From Mobula hypostoma (taxonomy: Eukaryota): a stretch of DNA of 64,000 nucleotides. The notes beneath the pieces are model-generated. The model did not search any database, was not told where the DNA came from, and was given only the letters and a program-made list of their open reading frames with translations. This document shows positions 25,363 to 34,703 of this stretch, in pieces. The DNA lies in contig NC_086097.1 in NCBI RefSeq assembly GCF_963921235.1, positions 147,934,001 to 147,998,000 of the forward strand, given 5' to 3'. The position numbers and the translations under genes were made by a program. Position 1 is the first letter of the stretch. Every line of letters begins with the position of its first letter.

Positions 25363-28300
25363 TAACCCCCCCCCAGAACCGGCGATACCTCCCCCAATGT
25401 CCACAGTCTGGATCGGCCTTTGTTTGGGAGGTCTGCCCCTGCGCCGCGGTGCCTGAGCCTGGACCGGTTGCGCCAAGTCCACATGGGCCGGTTTGAGTCG
25501 GTCCACCGTGAAAACCTCCTCTCTACCCCCAATGTCCAGCACGAACGTGGACCCGTTGTTCCTGATCACCTTAAACGGCCCCTCGTAGGGCCGCTGTAGC
25601 GGTGCCCGGTGTCCGCCCCGTCGTACAAAAAGAAACTTACAGTTCTGCAGGTCTTTGGGTACGTAGGTCGGGCTCTGTCCGTGCTGTGAAGTGGGTATGG
25701 GGGCCAGGTTACCGAGCCTCTCACATAGTCTGTCCAGGACTGCTGTGGGTTCTTCCTCTTGCCCCCTTGGGGCTGGTATGAACTCTCCTGGGACGACCAG
25801 GGGCGCGCCATACACCAACTCGGCCGACGAGGTGTGTAGATCCTCTTTGGGCGCCGTGCGGATTCCGAGCAGGACCCAGGGAAGTTCGTCCACCCAGTTA
25901 GGCCCCTCCAGGCGGGCCATGAGAGCCGATTTCAGGTGACGGTGGAAGCGCTCCACTAGTCCGTTCGACTGTGGGTGGTAGGCAGTTGTGTGGTGTAGCT
26001 GTGTTCCTAAAAGTCTGGCCATAGCCGACCACAGGCTGGAGGTGAACTGGGCACCCCTGTCGGAGGTAATGTGGGCCGGTACCCCAAAGCGTGCTACCCA
26101 GGTTGCGATCAGTGCTCGGGCGCAGGATTCGGAGGTGGTGTCGCTGAGCGGGATTGCCTCTGGCCATCTGGTGAACCGGTCTATCATAGTTAGGAGGTAC
26201 CGCGCTCCTCGTGACACTGGCAGGGGCCCCACGATATCCACATGGATGTGGTCGAACCTCCGGCAGGTGGGTTCGAACCGCTGCAGTGGAGCCTTGGTGT
26301 GCCGCTGCACCTTGGCCGTTTGGCACTGCATACACGTTTTGGCCCATTCACTGACCTGTTTACGAAGTCCATGCCACACGAACCTGTTGGAGACCAGCCG
26401 GACAGTTGTCCTGATGGAGGGGTGCGCTAAGTTGTGAATGGATTCGAACACCCGCCGGCGCCAGGCTGCTGGGACAACGGGGCGGGGTTGGCCGGTAGCT
26501 ACGTCACACAGTAGGGTCCTCTCACCTGGGCCTACGGGGAGGTCTTGGAGCTGCAAACCGGAGACTGCAGTCCTGTAACTGGGGATCTCAGCGTCTGCCT
26601 GCTGTGCCTCTGCCAGCGCTGCATAGTCCACCCCCGGGACAGGGCCTGTATGGTAGGTCTGGAAAGTGCGTCTGCCACGACATTGTTCTTTCCAGAGACA
26701 TGCCGGATGTCCGTCGTGTACTTGGAAATGTAGGACAGATGTCGCTGCTGGCGGAACGACCAAGGGTCGGACACCTTAGTGAATGCAAAGGTAAGCGGTT
26801 TGTGGTCTGTGAACGCGGTGAAGGGCCTACCTTCTAAGAAGTACCTGAAATGCCGGATTGCCAGGTATAGTGCCAATAGCTCCCGGTCGAAAGCACTGTA
26901 TTTGAGTTCGGGTGGTCGTAGGTGTTTGCTGAAGAATGCCAGGGGTTGCCAGCGACCCTCGATGAGTTGTTCCAGCACTCCACCGACTGCTGTGTTGGAT
27001 GCGTCCACCGTGAGGGCAGTAGGAACGTCCGTTCTGGGGTGCACTAGCATCGCGGCGTTTGCCAAGGCTTCTTTGGTTTTAATGAAAGCGGTTGTGGCCT
27101 CTTTGTTCCAGGTAATGTCCTTGCCCTTACCCGACATTAGAGTGAACAAGGGGCGCATGGTTCGGGCTGCTGAGGGGAGGAAATGGTGGTAGAAATTCAC
27201 CATACCCACGAATTCCTGCAAGCCTTTGATTGTGTTGGGTCAGGGGAAGTGGCGGACCGTGTCTACCTTGGCGGGCAGCGGGTTTGCCCCGTCTTTAGTA
27301 ATCCTGTGGCCCAGGAAGTCGATGGTGTCGAGTCCGAACTGGCATTTGGCTGGAATGATTGTAAGGCCGAATTCACTCAGGTGGGAGTAGAGCTGGCGGA
27401 GGTGGGACAGATGCTCCTGCCGACTACTGCTGGCTATGAGGATGTCGTCCAAATAGATGAATGCAAAGTCCAGGTCGCGTCCCACCGCGTCCATTAGCCG
27501 CTGGAAAGTCTGTGCGGCATTCTTTAGACCAAACGGCATTCGGAGGAATTCGAAAAGTCCGAACGGGGTGATAAGTGCTGTTTTGGGGATGTCATCCGGA
27601 TGTACAGGGATTTGATGGTATCCCCGGACGAGGTCTACCTAGGAAAAGATCCTTGTGCCTTGTAGGTTTGCTGCGAAGTCTTGAATGTGCGGCACAGGGT
27701 AGCGGTCTGGCGTTGTAGCCTCGTTCAGTCTGCGGTAGTCACCGCATGGTCTCCAGCCCCCGTTGCCTTGGGCACCATGTGAAGGGGGGAGGCCCATGGG
27801 CTGTCGGACCATCGTATGATCCCTAATTCCTCCATCTTCTTGAACTCCTCCTTCGCCAGTCGGAGCTTGTCCGGGGGAAGCCTTCGAGCACGGGCGTGGA
27901 GGGGTGGTCCCTGGGTCGGGATGTGGTGCTGTACTCCGTGTCTGGGCATGGCTGCCGTGAACTGCGGTGTCAGTACTGATGGGAAATCCGCCAGGACCCT
28001 GGTGAATTCATCGTCGGACAGCGTGATGGAGTCCAGGTGTGGGGCTGGCAACTGTGCTTCCCCCAGGGAGAACGTTTGAAAAGTCTTGGCGTGGACTAAT
28101 CGCTTCCCTTGCAAGTCGACCAGCAGGCTGTGGGCTCGTAGAAAATCTGCCCCCAGCAGTGGTTGGGCCACGGCGGCCAGTGTGAAGTCCCACATGAACC
28201 GGCTGGAGCTGAACTGTAGCCGCACCGTGCAGGTGCCGTAGGTTCGTATTGTGCTGCCATTAGCGGCCCTCAGGGTGGGTCCCGGTTCTGTGTTGCGGGT

Positions 28301-28447
28301 GTCGTAACTCGTTGGAGGTAAGACGCTGATCTCCGCTCCGGTGTCGACCAAAAAGCGGCGTCCCGACTGCTTGTCCCAGACGTACAGGAGGCTGTCCTGA
28401 TGGCCAGCCGCCGTAGCCATTAGCGGCGGCTGGCCCTGGCGTTTCCC
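25153..28447 (-). pseudogene. pol: Gypsy Pol (protease, RT, RNase H, integrase), disrupted
   Basis: Motifs [41 protein letters not shown] zinc finger, DDE core and GPF. Broken by frameshifts near 27760 and 26640 and stops near 27640 and 27241. Confidence 0.93.
28402..28447 (-). promoter_or_regulatory. -1 ribosomal frameshift signal (G GGA AAC + stem-loop)
   Basis: Heptamer GGGAAAC (28447-28441) in correct gag phase, 5-nt spacer, then a perfect 12-bp stem GGCCAGCCGCCG/CGGCGGCTGGCC with a 10-nt loop. Confidence 0.85.
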
Positions 28448-29124
28448 GGGAATTTGCAGGGCAGTCTGCAGCGGCGGGCCTCCGTGCCCCAACGCTGGTG
28501 GTAGAAACACCATTGTTCGTTGGGCTCCTCACTCCCGTCGCTGGGTTTTGTAGGCTCTGCTGCCGGGCCTGGTCTGGTCTGTCGTTGGGCACGCGGCTTG
28601 GTGATCTGTGCGACGGATGCCCCTCTCTCTTTCCTGGCATTCCACAGCACATCTGCTCGGGCCGCCACCTCCCGGGGGTTGCCGAAATCTGCGTCGGACA
28701 GCAGCAGGCATATGTCCTCGGGCAGTTGCTCTAGGAACGCCTGCTCAAACATGAGGCAGGGTTTGTGTCCTTCAGCCAGGGCCAGCATCTCGTTCATTAA
28801 TGCTGACAGCGGCCTGTCTCCCAAACCATCCAGGTGCATTAAGCGGCGTGCTCGTTCGCGCCGTAAGAGTCCGAAAGTCCTTATGAGCAGGGTTTTGAAT
28901 GCTGTGTATTTGCCGTCCTCCGGGGGCGACTGTATAAACTCCTCAACTTGTGCAGCAGTCTCCTGGTCGAGGGAGCTCAGCACGTAGTAGTAGCGAGTGG
29001 ACTCCGAGGTTATCTGCCGAACGTGGAATTGTGCTTCTGCTTGTTCGAACCATAAATGGGGTCGCAGCATCCAGAAATATGGCAGTTTTAACGAAACTGC
29101 GTGAACAGATGCAGCGTCGGTCAT
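28420..29124 (-). CDS. gag: Gypsy Gag with CX2HX9CX3C (CHCC) knuckle
   Basis: Open ORF starting MTDAASV just after the PBS. Contains the KLPYFW..PHLWFEQAEAQF motif and C-terminal CFYHQRWGTEARRCRLPC. Confidence 0.9.
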   Translation of the reverse strand: MTDAASVHAVSLKLPYFWMLRPHLWFEQAEAQFHVRQITSESTRYYYVLSSLDQETAAQVEEFIQSPPEDGKYTAFKTLLIRTFGLLRRERARRLMHLDGLGDRPLSALMNEMLALAEGHKPCLMFEQAFLEQLPEDICLLLSDADFGNPREVAARADVLWNARKERGASVAQITKPRAQRQTRPGPAAEPTKPSDGSEEPNEQWCFYHQRWGTEARRCRLPCKFPGNARASRR

Positions 29125-29148
29125 CTCTGGTCCAAATATCGTTTGGGC

Positions 29149-29162
29149 CGTCGGGGTCACCA
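29149..29162 (-). promoter_or_regulatory. Primer binding site complementary to tRNA-Trp 3' end
   Basis: Minus-strand TGGTGACCCCGACG, 2 nt after the 5' LTR, complementary to ...CGUCGGGGUCACCA of vertebrate tRNA-Trp. Confidence 0.9.
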
Positions 29163-29164
29163 AT

Positions 29165-29451
29165 TGTAGCGATGTGCTACACACAGCGTTAGAATAACCA
29201 CACGGAGTCGGTGAGTTAGAGTTGCGATGAAAGAGATTTATTCAAACTTCGCGGCCCGCTTTAAAACCTTCCCGTTCCCGCCCTCCCTGGGCGGGACTAC
29301 TGTGGGGAATGCATATTCCCAGACCCTTTCTGCGCGCGGGATTTTCCCCCTGCTGGTGAAGATGGCCTGGCGCCATTTTTGCTGCCGGCCCTCTGCCTGC
29401 GCGCGCTGTTTCGTGAGCCGGTTTGTGGGTGCCAGAAAGTGGGTCGCCACA
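29165..29451 (-). repeat. 5' LTR of Gypsy element
   Basis: Direct repeat of 25076-25362 with 7 substitutions in 287 bp (counted by eye). Followed on the minus strand by the PBS. Confidence 0.95.
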
Positions 29452-29656
29452 ATATGTGCATTGCTGGCAAGGCCAGCTTTTATCATCTATTTGTATATGC
29501 CCCTGAGAAGGTAAGCCTCTTTCCTGAGCCAAAGCAGTCCCCCAGTTTTTGGGCTAAGATTTCCCAAAATCACTAGACTTCTGATTCCTCATGTATGTCT
29601 TTTTTATTCATTATGCTCTAGATGGGGCCTGCCTGAATCATTCATTATATTTTACT

Positions 29657-30195
29657 CCTATTCCCATTCTGACATGTCTATCCACGGCCTCCTCTACTGT
29701 AAAGATGAAGCCACACTCAGGTTGGAGGAACAACACCTTATATTCCGTCTGGGTAGCCTCCAACCTGATGACATGAACATCGACTTCTCTAACTTCCGCT
29801 AAGGCCCCACCTCCCCCTCGTACCCCATCTGTTACTCATTTTTATACACACATTCTTTCTCTCACTATCCTTTTTCTCCTTCTGTCCCTCTGAATATACC
29901 TCTTGCCCATCCTCTGGGTCACCCCCCCCCTTGTCTTTCTTCCCGGACCTCCTGTCCCATGATCCTCTCGTATCCCCTTTTGCCTATCACCTGTCCAGCT
30001 CTCGGCTCTATCCCTCCCCCTCCTGTCTTCTCCTATCATTTTGGATCTCCCCCTCCCCCTCCAGCTTTCAAATCCCTTACTCACTCTTCCTTCAGTTAGT
30101 CCTGACGAAGGGTCTCGGCCTGAAACGTCGACTGCACCTCTTCCTACAGATGCTGCTTGGCCTGCTGCGTTCACCAGCAACTTTGATGTGTGTTG
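29657..30195 (+). mobile_element. Penelope-like element 3' fragment
   Basis: Same family as 18332-18933. 13-bp TSD ATTATATTTT(A/G)CT (29644-56 / 30196-208). Confidence 0.85.
30098..30133 (+). ncRNA. Minimal type I hammerhead ribozyme motif
   Basis: AGTC-CTGACGA-AGG(GTCTCGG)CCT-GAAA-CGTC-GACT: stem I AGTC/GACT, intact core, GUC triplet, loopless palindromic stem III (ACGT). Confidence 0.75.
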
Positions 30196-30322
30196 ATTAT
30201 ATTTTGCTATTGCTTTTTTCCTGATTATTTTGATTTGTTTTTATTGCCAGTATTAAATTAACATTGATTAGAAGAACTTGATTTCATTTTTCCACAATCT
30301 AACCAAATGTCTTTGCCTACAG

Positions 30323-30481
30323 CCGTGCCGTGCAGCGCAGCTTGGCTATAATCAGACAAGCCAAGCAGAAAAAATCCAAGAAGAAGGAATACTGTATGTA
30401 CTACAACAGATTTGGCAAGTGCAACCGAGGAGACAATTGTCCCTATATACACGATCCTGAAAAAGTTGCAGTTTGTACGAG
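30323..30481 (+). CDS. ZC3H3: Internal coding exon of zinc finger CCCH domain-containing protein 3 (first CCCH finger)
   Basis: Acceptor ctttgcctacAG (30321-22) and donor GTatat (30482). Translates (S)RAVQRSLAIIRQAKQKKSKKKEYCMYYNRFGKCNRGDNCPYIHDPEKVAVCT(R), which I recognise as vertebrate ZC3H3. Phase is compatible with the next exon. Confidence 0.95.
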
Positions 30482-31470
30482 GTATATCTATATTTCCTGA
30501 ATCTAAATTTTGTTAATCTTTATTCGGTGAAATTTATTCTGCACATTGATGCACTAAAATCGAAAAAAATAGATTGGTAAGTATACAGTAAGCATTAAGC
30601 AGAGTGCCTAGAGAATGCAGAAGGAAAAGCTTACTCTTGGAGAATTTGCATAGCTCTAATTCAAAAAGATGGAGGTGAAATCCCAATGGTGATTAGCCCA
30701 TACAAAATTCACTTCGAAGCAGTGTTATTTGTGGAAATGTATCTGGTGACATTGCAATAATACTTCTCAGTTTGTATCTCCTTTTAGCAATACTTATCTA
30801 GTCATCTTCATTTCTTTTTGTTTTTCTCTTCACTGCCTTTCTGCCTTAGGATCTGTTTTAAAAAAAACTGTTCTTACTGTTTTTGACATCCCATCTTGTT
30901 TTATCAAACTCATCCCCACTGCCTTATTATATTCCTTTCATCCTTCTCTCCATGCAAGATACCTACCTAATTTTTATGTTCTTTGTTAATCACTTAATCT
31001 CAACATCTTAGTTTCATATTGGCCTGTCTGTTTTTATTCCACCTCCCTCAGAAAACTGTTCTATCTTAGGCACACATTTTTGCTTAGATTCATTTACAGA
31101 TACACTTTATAAATCTTGTTCACCAACTTTTATTTACTGCAAAGTTTGAGTGGATCAGTAGCTACAGGATCATTTTCTGTCCTGGTGATGTGTTTGACCT
31201 CAACTTAACTATCACACAGTATCCAAAACTGCACCAAGCCCAACTCTTCCATCACAATAACGTCACCAGATCCTGCCCTTACCAGAGATCATCTGTTAAA
31301 ACCCTTCTTTTTAACTCTTATTATTATCTGTTCTAGGCCATTCCAAATAGCCCTTGCTTGTTCAAACCTTTTCAAATAAGTGTAGTTTGAATCTGTCAAA
31401 GTCGTCACTTCAGGACATTAGAAACTTGAAGGCCACTGACGACCTTTAATCTTCATTTTCTTCTTGGTAG

Positions 31471-31540
31471 ATTCCTACGTGGAACTTGTAAGAAAACTGA
31501 TGGGACATGTCCATTCTCGCACCAAGTTTCAAAAGACAAG
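31471..31540 (+). CDS. ZC3H3: Internal coding exon of ZC3H3 (second CCCH finger)
   Basis: Polypyrimidine tract cttcattttcttcttggtAG and donor GTagtt. Translates (R)FLRGTCKKTDGTCPFSHQVSKDK in frame with the previous exon (split codon AG|A). Confidence 0.95.
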
Positions 31541-31939
31541 GTAGTTCCTCTTACTTTTGTTAACAGTATGAAAAGAAATTATTTGGAATGAATATCACTT
31601 TCAAAAAACCTTGTTTCTTTATGTTACATGGTTAGTTGAGTTGGTAATGGTACTGTAGATTTGCGCCTTTCATACTAAAATAACTTGTTCTCTGTGCTAC
31701 ATTAGACAATCTTTCTTGAGCAGTCGAACCAATTGTTTTCAGAATCCTTAAGATAGGCAGGGAGAAAATAAGCCAGAATTGTTTCTCCTAATCAATGCAC
31801 AGTGCTTGATAGTGGTATGTGAATGCGATGAGAGAACCAGGTCAAATGTGCCCATTTTGTACCTGCTGTAAAGCAATTGGATAATTATCTGTTTAACTAT
31901 CTATATGATTTAAGAGATGGTCAAAATATGGATATGAAA

Positions 31940-32660
31940 TTGCAGTGATTGGAGGTGAAAGATATTCAAACTGGAGGAAGGTGAATTGTGATGTCTTGTT
32001 GAATTTAATAGTAGAAGTACTGGTCTTTTTGATTTGTGCAAATGACTTAGACTATGGAAATGACATCATTTCGAAATATGCAGATAACAAAAACATGGAA
32101 CTATTTGGTAAAAGACAACAAGAGGACATGGACTGGGAGAGACATACCTGGCAGATAAAATTTCACACAAAAAGTGATCAGTAATTTATTTTATCAGGAA
32201 GAATGAGGTCAAAATCAGAATAGTTACAATTTTAAGAGGTTTTAGAAAGAGATGAACATCAAATGTATGCACATGTGTATTTGTTGGTGGCAACACTATT
32301 AAAGCAACATGCAAAGTCAATAGCTTTATTATAAATCTATATAATTTAAAGTAAGTTATCTGTTTTGTTTATAAAACCCTCATTAGAGGTCTGCTGGGTT
32401 GTGTTCAGTTCTGGCCATCCACTTAGGAAAGGATGCAAACAAAATTTATTGGAATAGTGCCAGGGGTATACTGAGACCTTGGAAGAGGTGGTGATATTCT
32501 CCTGAGAGCAGCAAGGTTTAAGCAGAAGTTTGATTGAATACAAAAAGTTTTCAAGTTATGAATATTTTAATCGAGTACATAAGGATAAATTGTTTTTGAT
32601 AACAACATTGGAATTCAAAGGACATTGTGTTATTGCATCTAACAAAAGAACTAGGGATAA
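31940..32660 (+). mobile_element. Highly decayed CR1 RT fragment
   Basis: ISKYADNK (FADD-like) and remnants of the LEYCVQFW-type region. Confidence 0.6.
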
Positions 32661-34703
32661 AATGGGGGGGAAAATTCATCACATTACCTGATGAGGTCCT
32701 AATGAAGGGTCTCGCCTAAAACGTTCGCTGTTCAATCATTTCCGTGGATACTGCCTGATCTGCTGAGTTCCTCCAGCATTTTGTATGTGTTTCTCCACTT
32801 TACTTTGGCTTGTTGTGATTGGAATTGCTATATCTGAAATGGAAACATGCAATAATAATGTTGAATAGAGAATTAGATAACTAGAAGTGGATAACCTGGG
32901 AATGGAATTAATTGAGTAGTTAACGTTGTTGCACAGGCATAACTGTCCATATAATTTTATGATTCTAATGTTTGCTGTATAGATCAAAAATGAACCAAGT
33001 TATTTGAACAGAGCTATTGCTCTTGGCATTATAGTGAATGCACGTTAGCACTTTATGGAAAAGGAATCTTCCAATCAGAAACAGTATCTTCAAGTGCAGA
33101 TAATAAAAAAAACAATAGGGTCTTTTAAGACCCTCCTGGATAGGTACATGGAGCTTACAAAAACGGAGGGCTATGCGCTAGGGAAATTCTAGGCAGTCTC
33201 TAGAGTAGGTTACATGGTCGGCACAACATTGTGGGCCAAAGGACCTCTAATGTCTTGTAAATTTCTTTGTTCTATGTTCTATGTTATTCCAGCATTAGCA
33301 AGTATTCTTAAGCAATAGTAAATAAGCAAATGTTCCATTTCCAAATTTCTTTCTGCTCTCCGCATAATTAAAATAAATTAAAATGGGGCTGCACTCACTT
33401 GCCCATCCATTGATATGTTCCCACAACCAATGATCTCACTTCAAGGAATCTTTATCTTATTATTTCATGTTCTCGTTATTTACTGCTGGTTGATCTCTCA
33501 TTGATCCTGTTATAGTTACTATTCTATAGATTTGCTGAGTATGCCCACAGAAATGTGAACCTTGGGGTTGTATGTGGTGAAATATAAGTACTCTGACGAT
33601 AAAATATACTTTGAACTTTAGAAAGGTGTTGGCTAGAATTTATTCTCTTGTCAACCACTGTTCAGTGTATAAGTGTATACATTTATACCTATTTTCTTTC
33701 TCTCCTTTACAAAATCTTTCTCGTATATTCTGTGTCATGTGCACTTGTGTATTCTCTCATGATCCCTTATCACATTTTATTCTTGTGCTGACACATCCAC
33801 ACTATTTTATTGTCTTATGTTCGATCACAAAAAAGACATGAAAAATAGGAGGAGGAGTAAATTACATAGCCACTTGAGCCTGCTATCCCATTCTGTAAAA
33901 TCATAATTGATCTGATCTTGGCCTTAAATCTGTTCTTCAAATTTCCCCCAGTGCATCCCTTTTCTTGCAGACATTTCACTCGTGTAATGTTTCATTCTTT
34001 GTTCTCATACAGCTGCACTTCTATTTTTTATTTACATTCACATAATTAAGTAAGTTTTCTATCAAAAGTTACTGAATATTGTTCATACCAGGAAATGTAG
34101 TTGAATGTTCCCCAGCAAGGCCGGTAGCAGTGTATTTGATAACAAATTAAATTCTCCAAGCAGTGAGGCTAAGTGACAAATTTTGGAATATTCAGATTCA
34201 CAAGTGTACAATACAACTCACATTGCAATAACAAAATCATTCAAACCCCTGAGTACATAAAGTGCTTTAAAATGTAAGTGTAATCTGAGGAAGTTAAATG
34301 TCATTGTGACCAACTTTAACTAATCTGCACTTGAAGATACTGTTTCTTTTGTTTTTAAATCTTTTTATTGAATAAGTATACCAAAAGGTAAGCCATATAA
34401 ACATTAATACAATGTTAAAATATAATAAAATTACAGAAGGTATCAATACCGAAAAAAAAATACTACAAACAATGTAATTTAAACATAAGAAACCAAGATA
34501 ACATAATAGTATACTAAATTTTATATATATATCGATAGAAAAAAAGAAAAAAAAACCCCAAAAAAAACAACCCACCGTGCAACTAACTAAAAGCAAAGCA
34601 AAGCAATGGGCTAACTTGAAACCAAACAGAGTTAAACTTAAAATCACGTCCTCAATCCCGACCTCCATTAAAAACAGTGAGAAAAAAACAAGAAGGGTAT
34701 ATA

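Larger units (their letters stand above)
25076..29451 (-). mobile_element. Full-length Ty3/Gypsy LTR retrotransposon, CsRN1/Kabuki-like clade (4376 bp)
   Basis: Two 287-bp TG...CA LTRs, 4-bp TSD ATAT (25072-75 / 29452-55), PBS, PPT, and gag plus PR-RT-RH-IN domain order. Confidence 0.96.

Noticed and set aside
25988..28987. Several long + strand ORFs
   Set aside because: Antisense shadows of the GC-rich Gypsy gag/pol.
1..30300. Additional upstream ZC3H3 exons
   Set aside because: No exon recognisable by eye. A short or divergent exon cannot be excluded without spliced alignment.
30258..30460. ORF-track ORFs over the first ZC3H3 exon
   Set aside because: Wrong frame or strand. The true exon is in another frame, defined by splice sites.
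32688..32790. Further hammerhead-like pLTR copies (also ~8220-8310, ~21270-21345, ~52345-52440)
   Set aside because: Core nucleotides are mutated. Treated as decayed PLE relics, not ribozymes.
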